64,000 bases of DNA from Myxococcota bacterium (GCA_965140415.1 OZ223209.1:3680001-3744000); one strand, 5' to 3'; shown: positions 20,119-29,997, numbered from the stretch's first letter. Numbers and translations: made by a program. Notes: a model not told the origin generated them from the sequence alone.

Positions 20119-21063
20119 ATGTTTCCCACTCTGTTGAAAATAGAGGCGTTTTCATTTCTCGGCAGTGAATGGGGACCTTTCAACGTTCATAGCTACGGCA
20201 TTCTGATTGCGACGGGCTTCGTTTTAAGCACCCTAATCGCCATTCGGCTTGGCAAACAGGATCGCATCAAACCCGATGATCTGCTGGATCTGGCTTTCTG
20301 GCTGCTATTAGCCGGGGTCATCGGAGCCAAACTGCTCTATGCCGTGCTCAATCTTGGCAGCTATTACAATGCCTGTTTCCATCCGGAAATCCCCAATGCA
20401 CTGAATCACAACTTGCCACTCAATCAACCCGAGTGCTGGCGATTGCTTCAGGTTTGGGAAGGGGGCATGGTCTGGTTCGGCGGTTTGCTTGGCGGTTTGC
20501 TGGCAGGTTATCTATTCCTGAAGAAACGAAGACTTTCCTTCCCTGTCGTGGCCGACGCCGCATTGGGAGCGATTCCTTTCGGGCACTTTATCGGAAGGCT
20601 GGGTTGTCTTTCGGCGGGATGTTGTTGGGGTCGTGTTACCAGCGGTCCTTTAGGCGTAACGTTTCCAAAAGACAGCCTGCCTTACACGACCGAACTGGGA
20701 GAAAACATGGCACATACACTTCATTCAGTCGTTGTGCCACTACATCCCACCCAATTATACGAAGCGGCGGGCGAACTGCTGATCTTCTTCATTCTGCTGG
20801 GAGTTCGTTACAAGCGTCGCTTCTATGGCCAGGTTGCATTGACCTTTTTGATTCTTTACTCGGCGCTCCGCTTTACAGTGGAATTTTTCCGGGGCGATCG
20901 CAACCGGGGGTTCCTTATATCCTGGGAGCATGAACAGATTATCGAGAATCTTCGAATCAGCGAACGGATCGGCATCAGCACCTCACAAGTGATCGCCCTG
21001 CTTGTTGTTATTGGTGCAATCCTCTGGATGCGTCGTTTACTTGCTCACAACGATGCAAAGTGA
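20119..21063 (+). CDS. lgt: Prolipoprotein diacylglyceryl transferase
   Basis: SYG, WEGGMVWFGG, GRLGC, HPTQLYE, RFTVEFFR. Confidence 0.95.
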   Translation: MFPTLLKIEAFSFLGSEWGPFNVHSYGILIATGFVLSTLIAIRLGKQDRIKPDDLLDLAFWLLLAGVIGAKLLYAVLNLGSYYNACFHPEIPNALNHNLPLNQPECWRLLQVWEGGMVWFGGLLGGLLAGYLFLKKRRLSFPVVADAALGAIPFGHFIGRLGCLSAGCCWGRVTSGPLGVTFPKDSLPYTTELGENMAHTLHSVVVPLHPTQLYEAAGELLIFFILLGVRYKRRFYGQVALTFLILYSALRFTVEFFRGDRNRGFLISWEHEQIIENLRISERIGISTSQVIALLVVIGAILWMRRLLAHNDAK

Positions 21064-21134
21064 ACCCAACTCAGAATTGTCCCCTGCTTGAAATTCCTAC
21101 AATCACATTTTCATTGCGTAAAAATTTGGGCGAG

Positions 21135-21596
21135 CTACTGAATAGGAAAACCGTCGGAGCCATCTTGACGCCGTTGCGCGTTTAACGACTCGAGAAAAGA
21201 CTTCCAGTCACCGTCTTCGATTGGATGTGAATTGGGGAAATTCTTGCGCAGATATTCCGCTCGAATCTGATAAACCCATACACCGGATATAGAATCATTC
21301 TCCAATAGAACTTCCACACGACGTCGAACGAAATGACTCTTCTCCGGCTTGCCCGGCTGAAATCCGTATAAGTGATCCAGGTTTTTGAAAATCGAATCGT
21401 CCACCCGGTACAAATCTCCCAACACCATCCCTTCATCACAGGGGATCATCGCCGGCGAATGCGCCTCGGGTAGATAAAGAAGCTGTCCTTCAGTGCGAGC
21501 AGAGAGCACTTCACGATATGAACCGGCCATGTGACTCTCGAAAAAGCGCATATCGCGCATCAGGTGCCCGTAGTCGAAATAGTAACAATCCGCCAT
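21135..21596 (-). CDS. Gamma-glutamylcyclotransferase (AIG2-like) family protein
   Basis: YFDYGHLM N-terminal motif, VLGDLYRV, LD.LYG, WVY, IEDGDW. Confidence 0.75.
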   Translation of the reverse strand: MADCYYFDYGHLMRDMRFFESHMAGSYREVLSARTEGQLLYLPEAHSPAMIPCDEGMVLGDLYRVDDSIFKNLDHLYGFQPGKPEKSHFVRRRVEVLLENDSISGVWVYQIRAEYLRKNFPNSHPIEDGDWKSFLESLNAQRRQDGSDGFPIQ

Positions 21597-21664
21597 GATC
21601 ACACCTTTACCTTAAGAGTGACACCTTCTTACAAATCGATAATAGAGGATCTTTGAAGAATCTT

Positions 21665-22159
21665 CTACTCTTCCTCGAAACGGGAACGCAACACGGAAAC
21701 CGCCTTGCTTATCGCATCCGGTCGTTCAAGGTAAAACTGGGTTTTTGCAGCAGTCGCATCCAGTTTCCCGCATTTGGTCAAAGTGGAGGCTTCGGCAAAA
21801 GGCAAACTGGCACGGGTGATTTCGGAAAGCAAATCCTTGCATGGAACGTCTTTGTTGGCAGCATTCCCCAAATGCTTTTTCACATCGCTCTGAAAACTGC
21901 TGTAGTTTTCGTGCAACAATTGCAGCGTGGCATGATAAAGGGCGGCCTCTTCTGCCTTATGCCCACGCTCGCAGGGGTGCGGTGTTTGCGGAATCATTGC
22001 GACCCGGTTATAGGCAACCTTGTAAATGTTGTAAAACTGATCCGCCCGTTTCGCCAGCCATTCACGGCTCTCGATTTGTTGACTGTTATCCTGACATGCA
22101 AGAAAAAACATACAAAAAAGGGTTACCACAACCATTCCAACTGCTGTCAACGTTCTCAT
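21665..22159 (-). CDS. Hypothetical lipoprotein
   Basis: Lipobox FLAC; helical mature region. Confidence 0.65.
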   Translation of the reverse strand: MRTLTAVGMVVVTLFCMFFLACQDNSQQIESREWLAKRADQFYNIYKVAYNRVAMIPQTPHPCERGHKAEEAALYHATLQLLHENYSSFQSDVKKHLGNAANKDVPCKDLLSEITRASLPFAEASTLTKCGKLDATAAKTQFYLERPDAISKAVSVLRSRFEEE

Positions 22160-22207
22160 TCTCGTTCCTTGTGATCTTTTACTTTAATGTCCAATTCATT
22201 TAGACGT

Positions 22208-23635
22208 TCAACGTCCGCCATTTTCCGATATCATTTTTTTCGCCAATTTGACAAATTCTTTTTGATCGGATCGATGTTCTCGCTGAATATACTCCTTCAG
22301 GTTTGCAACACCAGATTCCCGATCTCCGTTACGCAGACTCACCGATCCCAAATTGAAATAGGCATCGATAAAAGCAGGATCATAGTCCAAACAGTCCTGA
22401 TAGTGCGCAATTGCCGACTCGAACTGCTTCATCTGCTCTTCCATACGCGCCAGATTGAACAGACACGCCGCGCATTCAGGAACTTTTTCGCCAAGTATTT
22501 CATATAGTTGAGCCGCCTTTTCCCAATTCTTGGCGGCCTCGTACGCCTCCGCCAGGGGAGCATAGGCGGCAAGCAGTTCCGGGTTACTATCGATGACCTG
22601 CTGTAGTTGTTCTATAGCAGGTTGATATCGTTGCAGTTTCAGATACATCTTGCCGAGATTGATACGGATCTCCGAAGAATCCGGCGCAAGCGTTACTGCT
22701 TTTGTAAACGCTTTGGCAGCTTGTTTGTGCTTGCCTAAACCATCCAGAACCATCCCATACAGAAACTGCCCTCGAACGGAATTCGAGTCCAAGCTGAGAG
22801 CGGCTTCGATCTGCTTTTTCGCCTGTTTGACACGCCCCAACGCAAATAAGCTCTGTCCCCATACAAGCCGAGCCTCCACATCGGAAGCGTCCCGCTTCAC
22901 AGCCTGCTCGGCACATGCAATCGCTTCGTCATACTGCTCTTGTGTAGCCAGCAGTTGCGCTTTACGACGCCAAGGCAACGCCAGTTCTGTAGACATCGTC
23001 GCCGCCTGCTGGAACAAATCCACAGCAGCCTGCAAATCACCGGCAGCGACCTGTTCTTCCGCACTATCGATCAAACGGTCCGCCTCGTTGGACGTCACAG
23101 CCGATGTTTCCACAATCGAAGTGATCCGAGTCGCATTCGCCTGGATTTCCTTTTCGAAAAGCTGCTCCAGCACCGAAGAGATCACGTACTTGATTTCTCC
23201 TGCCCCTCCATGTTCGACGTAACGCGTAGAATACTGTGGTTTTCCACGCCTATCCAGAACAGCAGCTTCAATGATGAATTGGTGGCGCTTGGGTCTCGTA
23301 ATGCTCAATACAACCATTCGCGACACGTTGGCCTGTCGCAAAGCAGGAAGCGCCGCTTTTGGAGTTTTACAGGCAGCCAGTTTGCCTGCTGTCGCCTGCC
23401 CAAGAACCGAAGCCGCGTTATGAGGTCCAATCGGCTTTAACCAAAAAAGGGCCGCCATTTCCTCCTGATACACATCCTGAATCCAGCCCCGTTCCTGCTC
23501 GTTAACATGCTCAGTTTTGATCTGTATCGGAAAGAGATAAATCGGCTCCTGCGAAATCGCCCAGGCATTAGACGCCAGCAGTACGACCCCCAGAAAGATC
23601 ATGAGTTTGAAAAGCCGATGCATTCCCGACCTCAT
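22208..23635 (-). CDS. Exported tetratricopeptide-repeat protein
   Basis: Signal peptide (AWA); about 8 TPR-like 34-aa repeats (e.g. AYFNLG, RINLG). Confidence 0.85.
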   Translation of the reverse strand: MRSGMHRLFKLMIFLGVVLLASNAWAISQEPIYLFPIQIKTEHVNEQERGWIQDVYQEEMAALFWLKPIGPHNAASVLGQATAGKLAACKTPKAALPALRQANVSRMVVLSITRPKRHQFIIEAAVLDRRGKPQYSTRYVEHGGAGEIKYVISSVLEQLFEKEIQANATRITSIVETSAVTSNEADRLIDSAEEQVAAGDLQAAVDLFQQAATMSTELALPWRRKAQLLATQEQYDEAIACAEQAVKRDASDVEARLVWGQSLFALGRVKQAKKQIEAALSLDSNSVRGQFLYGMVLDGLGKHKQAAKAFTKAVTLAPDSSEIRINLGKMYLKLQRYQPAIEQLQQVIDSNPELLAAYAPLAEAYEAAKNWEKAAQLYEILGEKVPECAACLFNLARMEEQMKQFESAIAHYQDCLDYDPAFIDAYFNLGSVSLRNGDRESGVANLKEYIQREHRSDQKEFVKLAKKMISENGGR

Positions 23636-24171
23636 GGGGCAAAAACCAGCGGATATTCAACAGATACACGCTGGCGAGAAGGAAGGCGGGGAAAACGAAT
23701 GTGGCGAATGACGCGAATGATACAAGCCTCCGTCTCAACGTGATTCAGGCTTGATTCCACCACTTTCACAGTCGAAACCCGACCGGTCGGGCTGATATTG
23801 AAGCGGACGTCAACTTCACCGGCTGCTTGAGGATTGGCAGACAATGCCTTTTTGTAACATACCTTGAAAGAAGAACGCCGCTTGCTCATAACCCGGCGGA
23901 ACATTTCCGGATCGATGGGCGAACTACTTTTCAGCTTCGCCCCATCCAGCGGCATCAGTCCTTCATGAAAAGGCTGTTTGGCGGAGATGGAATCTGCTTC
24001 GGCGGATGTGATTTTGGCATTATCGGCACTTGTGGTTGCAGAGGCTGGTTCAACACCTTTGGGTGTTTCTTCACAGGCCAGCACCGAAACAACTGTAATG
24101 GCAATTAAAAAAGAGGCAAGCGCCCCTTTTCTATACCGTCTCCGGCTTTGATTTCTGTTCAAGTTCGACAC
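23632..24171 (-). CDS. Lipoprotein with AgmX/PglI (TonB-C-like) C-terminal domain
   Basis: Lipobox VLAC; FKVCYKKAL..NPQAAGEVDVRFNISPTGRV...ACI...IRFP...VEYPLVF. Confidence 0.85.
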   Translation of the reverse strand: MSNLNRNQSRRRYRKGALASFLIAITVVSVLACEETPKGVEPASATTSADNAKITSAEADSISAKQPFHEGLMPLDGAKLKSSSPIDPEMFRRVMSKRRSSFKVCYKKALSANPQAAGEVDVRFNISPTGRVSTVKVVESSLNHVETEACIIRVIRHIRFPRLPSRQRVSVEYPLVFAP

Positions 24172-24192
24172 AAACCATGCCTTTTATATAGC

Positions 24193-24232
24193 GCCATCGA
24201 GATTCCTAAACCTTTGGGGGAATCTCGATGGC
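24193..24232. other. Strong intergenic hairpin between the AgmX/PglI genes
   Basis: GCCATCGAGATTCC / GGAATCTCGATGGC perfect 14-bp stem. Confidence 0.7.
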
Positions 24233-24241
24233 AAACAGATG

Positions 24242-24745
24242 TTATTTCGCGGCGTGTTGGAAATTGAACGGGTAGTTGATTGTAATAGGATCACCTTTTT
24301 TCCGGGAGGGGAATTTCAGTGATTTCATAATATCCACCACGCAATCCGTCACTTTTTTGTCTGTCAGTTTCGAGGCCTTTTTTACTAGGTTCACATCGCT
24401 GACGCTTCCATCAAGATTGATCGTAAGGTTGATTACGACACGCCCCTTCAGTTTCTGATTGGTTTGCAATTCCTTCTCATAGCAATACAGGATAGACTGG
24501 TTCCTTTTATTGATCACGCCCTTGATCGTTTCTTTATCCAGCACTGTAGCGGTATCTTCTTCGCTATAATCGATACCACCCGCCTGTTCCTGTTCGTAGT
24601 AATCATCTTCCTGCTCGTCGGTTTTCGAATCTTTCGAATCCATAGGGCTTGGAGTTTTCATTTGTGCCAACGCAGGAATTGCGGCCAACGCAAACACAAT
24701 CCCGAACACGATACCCCATACCACTTTTCGGTTTGACTTCAACAT
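24242..24745 (-). CDS. Exported protein with AgmX/PglI (TonB-C-like) C-terminal domain
   Basis: Start ATG 24745 (RBS GGAGG); signal ALA-Q; ILYCYEKEL...LKGRVVINLTINLDGSV...DCV...LKFP...INYPFNF. Confidence 0.85.
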   Translation of the reverse strand: MLKSNRKVVWGIVFGIVFALAAIPALAQMKTPSPMDSKDSKTDEQEDDYYEQEQAGGIDYSEEDTATVLDKETIKGVINKRNQSILYCYEKELQTNQKLKGRVVINLTINLDGSVSDVNLVKKASKLTDKKVTDCVVDIMKSLKFPSRKKGDPITINYPFNFQHAAK

Positions 24746-24829
24746 CGGAACTCGTCCTCCATCATAATGTTCTTGCATGTATCCAAGAATTTCCCAAATC
24801 GGAAACCTTGTGGTTCGTCCCATGCTTTC

Positions 24830-24857
24830 ATCCTAGTCCATCCTCAAAAACTGTCAA
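24830..24857 (-). promoter_or_regulatory. sigma70-type promoter
   Basis: Minus strand TTGACA-N16-TAGGAT. Confidence 0.45.
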
Positions 24858-25288
24858 GCTTTTAATATCACAGGGTAATGAAGCCACATTCTAAAACAGA
24901 ACACCACTCGTGATTCTGGCACTTTCCCCAATCCCTTCGATTCGAGTTCGCAACATAGCCCCCCCTCTCACCTCATAGACACCCATCGGATCTCCACCCT
25001 GAAAACCACTCAACACAGCCGAAAAAAAGCTCGTTTTTTCTTCTTCCTCTCCAATTTTTGTCATTTTTTTATTATTTCCTCCCCCTAATACATCTCACTT
25101 CAATCGTTTTCTAAAGATCGGAAAATAAGGAATTTCAGCAAAGCGAACAACAATCCTTTACATCTCGATTATCGATATGATAAACAATATCCCATGGTTG
25201 CGCATAAAAGCGAAAAAAACGAGTGTGCAGTGAAAGTTGGCTGCAACGACAGCCAAAAAAAACCATGATTATTTTTAAGCGAATTTAC

Positions 25289-25318
25289 TTGACAATTAAT
25301 CGCTCAGATTGCTACCTT
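25289..25318 (+). promoter_or_regulatory. sigma70-type promoter
   Basis: TTGACA-N18-TACCTT with TG extended -10, upstream of 25389. Confidence 0.5.
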
Positions 25319-25388
25319 GGCCGATGCCTCGTTAGGAAACTCTCCTCATTCTGAGGTTGGATCTATTCTGTTTTAAGGAGGAATTTCG

Positions 25389-27053
25389 ATGCAAAAGCGC
25401 TGGTTACTTGTACTCATGCTGCTCGTGCTCGGCTCAATGCTTCTCGCCACCGGTTGTGATGACGACAGCGATGAGACGGACGGCGACACGACGATGGACG
25501 GAGACACCAACACGGGAGATGGAGATGTGGTCCTTCCCGATGGCGATGTCAACACCGATTGCTTCGGTCTCTGCATGGCCAAAGATGGTTACGTCTGCGA
25601 TGTAGACACCCAAACCTGTGTGCGTCCTTCCTGCACACCCTGTGATCCGGAAAACGCATTGTTCTACTGCGGCGAAGGCGGCGAATGCAAAGAATTCACC
25701 GTGACCTTCTCCGACGAAGAATACAACTACACGGCCTCCTTCTGCACGAAGGACTGCACCGGCGATAGCGATTGCGATCAGGGCTTTGCCTGCACCGAAG
25801 GCAAATGCGCTCCCACATTCGTGTGTGAAGTTACCCTGCCGCCTTCCGCTCCGGGTGGCCCCTGCGAATTCGGTCCGGTCTGGCCGGGTCGTACCTGTGC
25901 GCTGGGTGGCAGCTGCGTCGGCAACGATACCACCTCGCTTAGTTGCACCGACAATGACGATTGCGCCGGTAGCATGGACAACGGCTATTGCAACAACGGA
26001 ATTTGCGGCTTCAGCCTCTGCGTGCTACCCTGCAACTTCGACGGCTCCTGCCCGCAAATCGACGGATTGCCCGAAATGAACTCGGACATCATCTCCGGTA
26101 GCTGCTACTGCGGTTCCTGCCCCAGCTTCACTCCTAAGGGCGATGGCCAACTGGGCGATGTCTGCAATCCCAACTGCACCGATCCGATCGACACCTATTG
26201 TGCCGAAGGCAACTATTGCTTGGGTCTGACCTACAATGGCTCTTGCACCACCGACGCCGACTGCTCCGAAGCCAACGGCTTCGATCCAGGCGCCTACTGC
26301 AATAGCGATAATGGCTGTGCCCTGTCGATCTGCACCTATGTCGCCAATTCTCCGGAAGAATGCCCGGCAGGCAGCAACCCCTTCTTCAGCCAGGACGGAA
26401 CCTACTACTGCTCCACGCCGCCTTACGCGGACGCCTCCGGTAGCGCCACCATCGGCGAGGCCTGCACTCCCGGAACCGAAACAGAGAAGTGGGGAACCGC
26501 TGATTATTGCAAACCGGGTCTGCTGTGCATCGAAAACAACTCGATGAGCGTTGCTTGCACCACCACCGCGGACTGCTCCGAAGCTGTCTTCGGTCCGAAC
26601 CGCTACTGCAACGAAGGCTCCTGCACGGCGACGGTTTGTGGCCAGCGCTGTAGCCAGGAATTCGATGAAAACGGTCGTCCGTTGACCGCTCCTTACTGCG
26701 CAACCGATGGCACCTTGAAAGTCGGCTTCGCTCCGATCGGCTACTGCTACTGCACGTATCCGCCCTATGGCGAACCGGAAACCATCGCCGACTGCACCGG
26801 CACCTGCGATTCTTCGGTAACCTTCCCGATCTGCTTCGGCGACAAGATCTGCGCCTGTGAAGGCGGCAATTACACCGCGAAGGACTGCGTCTACGAATGT
26901 GCGCAGCAGGGTAAAAACTACGTGGAATGCGACCGTGACAGCTTCGGCTTCAACACCTGCATCTGCGAAGAACCTGTCGTCCCAACCGATGGCGATGAGC
27001 CTGCTGATGGTGATAAACCTGCCGATGGTGACAATGTAATCATCTGGCCCTAA
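25389..27053 (+). CDS. Very Cys-rich surface lipoprotein with internal repeats and DGD linkers
   Basis: RBS AAGGAGG; lipobox ATGC; three internal repeats (G..C...C..G..C...C....DC....YCN...C...C); strong C-ending codon bias. Confidence 0.85.
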   Translation: MQKRWLLVLMLLVLGSMLLATGCDDDSDETDGDTTMDGDTNTGDGDVVLPDGDVNTDCFGLCMAKDGYVCDVDTQTCVRPSCTPCDPENALFYCGEGGECKEFTVTFSDEEYNYTASFCTKDCTGDSDCDQGFACTEGKCAPTFVCEVTLPPSAPGGPCEFGPVWPGRTCALGGSCVGNDTTSLSCTDNDDCAGSMDNGYCNNGICGFSLCVLPCNFDGSCPQIDGLPEMNSDIISGSCYCGSCPSFTPKGDGQLGDVCNPNCTDPIDTYCAEGNYCLGLTYNGSCTTDADCSEANGFDPGAYCNSDNGCALSICTYVANSPEECPAGSNPFFSQDGTYYCSTPPYADASGSATIGEACTPGTETEKWGTADYCKPGLLCIENNSMSVACTTTADCSEAVFGPNRYCNEGSCTATVCGQRCSQEFDENGRPLTAPYCATDGTLKVGFAPIGYCYCTYPPYGEPETIADCTGTCDSSVTFPICFGDKICACEGGNYTAKDCVYECAQQGKNYVECDRDSFGFNTCICEEPVVPTDGDEPADGDKPADGDNVIIWP

Positions 27054-27076
27054 GTTCCCATCCTTTCGTTAGAATA

Positions 27077-27109
27077 CCCCCCTCCGATATCCGGAGGGGG
27101 GTTCTTTTT
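27077..27109 (+). terminator. Rho-independent terminator
   Basis: CCCCCCTCCG / CGGAGGGGGG stem followed by TTCTTTTT. Confidence 0.85.
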
Positions 27110-27166
27110 GCGCTCCATGGCAACCGCTCAATGGTTGCACGGCTTGAAAATCGGGAGTCACGATTC

Positions 27167-27997
27167 ATGAAAACCAGCCTTATTACGCTCAGCGTCTGCC
27201 TGCTCGCCCTCACCTGCTTTTCCCTTTCCTCTTACGCACAAATGCAACCGGTTCCCCGTCGCCAACCCGCTCCAGACGATGGTTCGGCTTCAGCGCCTAC
27301 ACAGCCGATGTATTACTACAAAGACGGTCATCGAACCGATTTAACGCAAGACTATACTTTTGTTGCAATATCCTTTAAAAACCCAATGGTCGATAAAGCA
27401 CAACGACATGCCTATTACTCCAAGATCCGCCTGGTTGTCTCAGAGCTAAAAGAAAAATCCTTGTTGGAAAAGGGATACTACGTGCTTCGGCTCTATCCTG
27501 GCGCCAACGGAGAGAAGTGGGTTTTATTTACCAATTTCATGAAGAAAGATAAAGAGTTGCAGTTTGTTGGACGTGTTTTCAAGCAATATACAAACGATAA
27601 ACTCGTCAACCTTCTTGTAGCATCTTCCGAAATTCAGGTTCATTTCAAACCGAATCCCACCAAAGAGGAAATCAATCAACTCGAAGCAGCTTACCCATTA
27701 CTTATCACCGACCGTGACATGACCGATGAACTCATTACCTGCCGTGTCACAGATAACACCTTGGATCCTGTCGATTTGGCGAACCGCCTGTTTGAAACGG
27801 GCCGGTACCGTTCCGTGGAACCCGTTTTCATCCAGGTGGAAGGGAAACCCGTTGATTTTGAGACCATGACCCGCCTGCAACAAGAAATCATGGAAAGCGC
27901 CCCTGCCGATGTAAAAGAGAAGATGCGGCAGAAGATCCTGGACGAACAGAAAAAGGCGGTACAGGAGCAGCAGAAAACGGAGAAAAACAAGAAATAG
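27167..27997 (+). CDS. Exported protein resembling a subtilase N-terminal prodomain, no catalytic domain
   Basis: Signal SYA-Q; YYYKDG...L...VAISF and EIQVHFK...DLANRLFETGRYRSVEPVF; charged tail. Confidence 0.6.
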   Translation: MKTSLITLSVCLLALTCFSLSSYAQMQPVPRRQPAPDDGSASAPTQPMYYYKDGHRTDLTQDYTFVAISFKNPMVDKAQRHAYYSKIRLVVSELKEKSLLEKGYYVLRLYPGANGEKWVLFTNFMKKDKELQFVGRVFKQYTNDKLVNLLVASSEIQVHFKPNPTKEEINQLEAAYPLLITDRDMTDELITCRVTDNTLDPVDLANRLFETGRYRSVEPVFIQVEGKPVDFETMTRLQQEIMESAPADVKEKMRQKILDEQKKAVQEQQKTEKNKK

Positions 27998-28178
27998 AAC
28001 CGTCAACGGTCTAAAACGTTGAATGATCCGTTCCAGCACGACGATTGAGAAGCGGAAGCCATCGGCTAAAACACTGGCTTTTTAGAGTCAAGCTCCGTAA
28101 AAACAATATCTCTCTGAATTGGCAACCTTTTATCGCTCTCCACATGTGGTAATTCCAGACCTCTGTAACAACCACAGC

Positions 28179-28197
28179 ATTATTGACATTCAATAAT
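28179..28197. promoter_or_regulatory. Palindromic operator overlapping a -35 box upstream of the DUF2975-XRE pair
   Basis: ATTATTGA-CAT-TCAATAAT perfect 8-3-8 inverted repeat containing TTGACA. Confidence 0.6.
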
Positions 28198-28375
28198 CTG
28201 TTTTTGCTAATCGATACATTATTGAGTTGCTCTTTTTCTGGCTGATATGATATCGTGTTTTAGCTAGGTGTTTTTTCTATCTACAAATGACAGAAGCAGC
28301 ATGTAGCTTCAACTTACAAAGCGATTGGATTCTTGATCGAAGTTAAGCAGTTGAATCCACAAAGGAATTGGTCTC

Positions 28376-28978
28376 ATGACAAACCTGGGCAAGTCAACAT
28401 TTTCGAAACTATTAAACCTCACGTTGAACGTGGTATGGTATTACCTGTTACTCGTAACCGTATTAAGCATCGGCTTGTTTTTCGGAGTGCTCATTTTCGG
28501 AGATTCCGTACGAACCTTCTTGCTCAATTTCCAGCAGTTCCCGGAAAACGCCCTGCTCTTTCACACTTCCGGTGTAGCTTTAATCGTCCAAGATCAACCT
28601 ATCGAGCCGATCCGAAACCAGATCTATCTATTTTCACTCTCCATTGCAACGCTCTACAACATCATGCGCCTGCTGGTGATCTTCGAAATTCGGAAAGTGC
28701 TGAGCACCTCGTTACGCATCGATCCATTCGTAATGGAGAACGTAAAACGAATTCGTATCATCGGCTTGATCTATCTAATTGCACCGCAGATCAACAACTT
28801 GATCATGTATCTAAGCGGACTGATGCTCAAGGACTATGTCCGTGTTGAAAATGGCACCGCTTTTCCCTTCTTCTACGCCGATTACAACAGTTTGTTTATC
28901 GGTTTAGTGATTTTACTGCTGGCGGAAGCCTTCCGAAAGGGAGCGGCGATGAAAGCAGAACAAGACCTGACGATCTGA
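28376..28978 (+). CDS. DUF2975-family membrane protein
   Basis: PF..ENVKRIRIIG and C-terminal LAEAFRKG..MKAEQDLTI. Confidence 0.9.
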   Translation: MTNLGKSTFSKLLNLTLNVVWYYLLLVTVLSIGLFFGVLIFGDSVRTFLLNFQQFPENALLFHTSGVALIVQDQPIEPIRNQIYLFSLSIATLYNIMRLLVIFEIRKVLSTSLRIDPFVMENVKRIRIIGLIYLIAPQINNLIMYLSGLMLKDYVRVENGTAFPFFYADYNSLFIGLVILLLAEAFRKGAAMKAEQDLTI

Positions 28979-28994
28979 GCGAACGGGAGATGTG

Positions 28995-29222
28995 ATGGCG
29001 ATCAATGTCCGCCTGGCAGTACTGATGGCAGAAAAACGGATTCACCTTTATGATCTTGCCGAACGCGTAGGAATCACACAGGCGAATTTATCCATTCTGA
29101 AAAACAACAAAGCACGAGCGATTCGTTTTTCAACCTTGAACCTGCTCTGCAAAGAGTTGAATTGTCAACCCGGAGATTTAATTGAATTCATCCCGGAAGA
29201 TGATGAAGAAGGTGCAATTTAG
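28995..29222 (+). CDS. XRE/Cro-family HTH regulator (YozG-like)
   Basis: LAERVGITQANLSILKNNKARAIRFSTL..LC..L.CQPGDL. Confidence 0.92.
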   Translation: MAINVRLAVLMAEKRIHLYDLAERVGITQANLSILKNNKARAIRFSTLNLLCKELNCQPGDLIEFIPEDDEEGAI

Positions 29223-29347
29223 CACGGATAATCGGTAGTTTAGCGAACAGACACAGCGGATCTGATAAAAAGATTTGAAATGGGAAAATAATAGCAGTAT
29301 CCTGTTAATCTGAGGTTTAGTCCACAAGGACGCAGGAGGACGTTACC

Positions 29348-29875
29348 ATGCCCGGAAAAACAATGCTCATGATCGCAGCGTTGATGCTTCTTTTCTCCCA
29401 GACTCTCTGGGCGAACGAAACACCGGCATCTTCGGATACAATTGAAGATAAAGACCAGGCTGGTTCCAACGAGCAGATTGAGCCACCCACTGCTGATACC
29501 GTTGAAGAGCAAACGGAATCGGTAGCAACCTCGGAAGAAGAAGCCGCCACGGAAGAAAGCGACAAAGCCACCACTGAAGAGGATGAAGTCTCGGAAGAGG
29601 AAGCCAACGCAACCGAAGAAGAACAGGATGAAGAGGAAGTCGCAGAAGAAGAGGAAGAAGAGAGCAGCGAAAGCGACTCTGCCGCCTCTACCGTAAAAAC
29701 GCCTCCACCTCCTCCCACGATCAATAACCATACGAATCAGGCACAGTTCCGGCAACAGATCAATTCAACTTATACACCCGTTCCAACGCCGATTCCGACA
29801 CCGGTCCACAACCCGATCAGCACCCCGGTTCCGACTCCGCTCTTCAGGCCGAACGCACCGCGAGGCGTTAACTAG
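29348..29875 (+). CDS. Exported low-complexity protein (Glu-rich, then Pro/Thr-rich)
   Basis: RBS AGGAGG; signal LWA-N; poly-Glu region; PVPTPIPTP tail. Confidence 0.7.
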   Translation: MPGKTMLMIAALMLLFSQTLWANETPASSDTIEDKDQAGSNEQIEPPTADTVEEQTESVATSEEEAATEESDKATTEEDEVSEEEANATEEEQDEEEVAEEEEEESSESDSAASTVKTPPPPPTINNHTNQAQFRQQINSTYTPVPTPIPTPVHNPISTPVPTPLFRPNAPRGVN

Positions 29876-29997
29876 TCGGACTGGCAGACCAGCACGTTGA
29901 CTGCGAGTCAAATGAAGTCGACAGAAAGCAACTGATCCCACTCCAAACAGTGCGCCTTCAGGCGCCTTGATTCATTTTCATCTTCTATTGAATCCAC

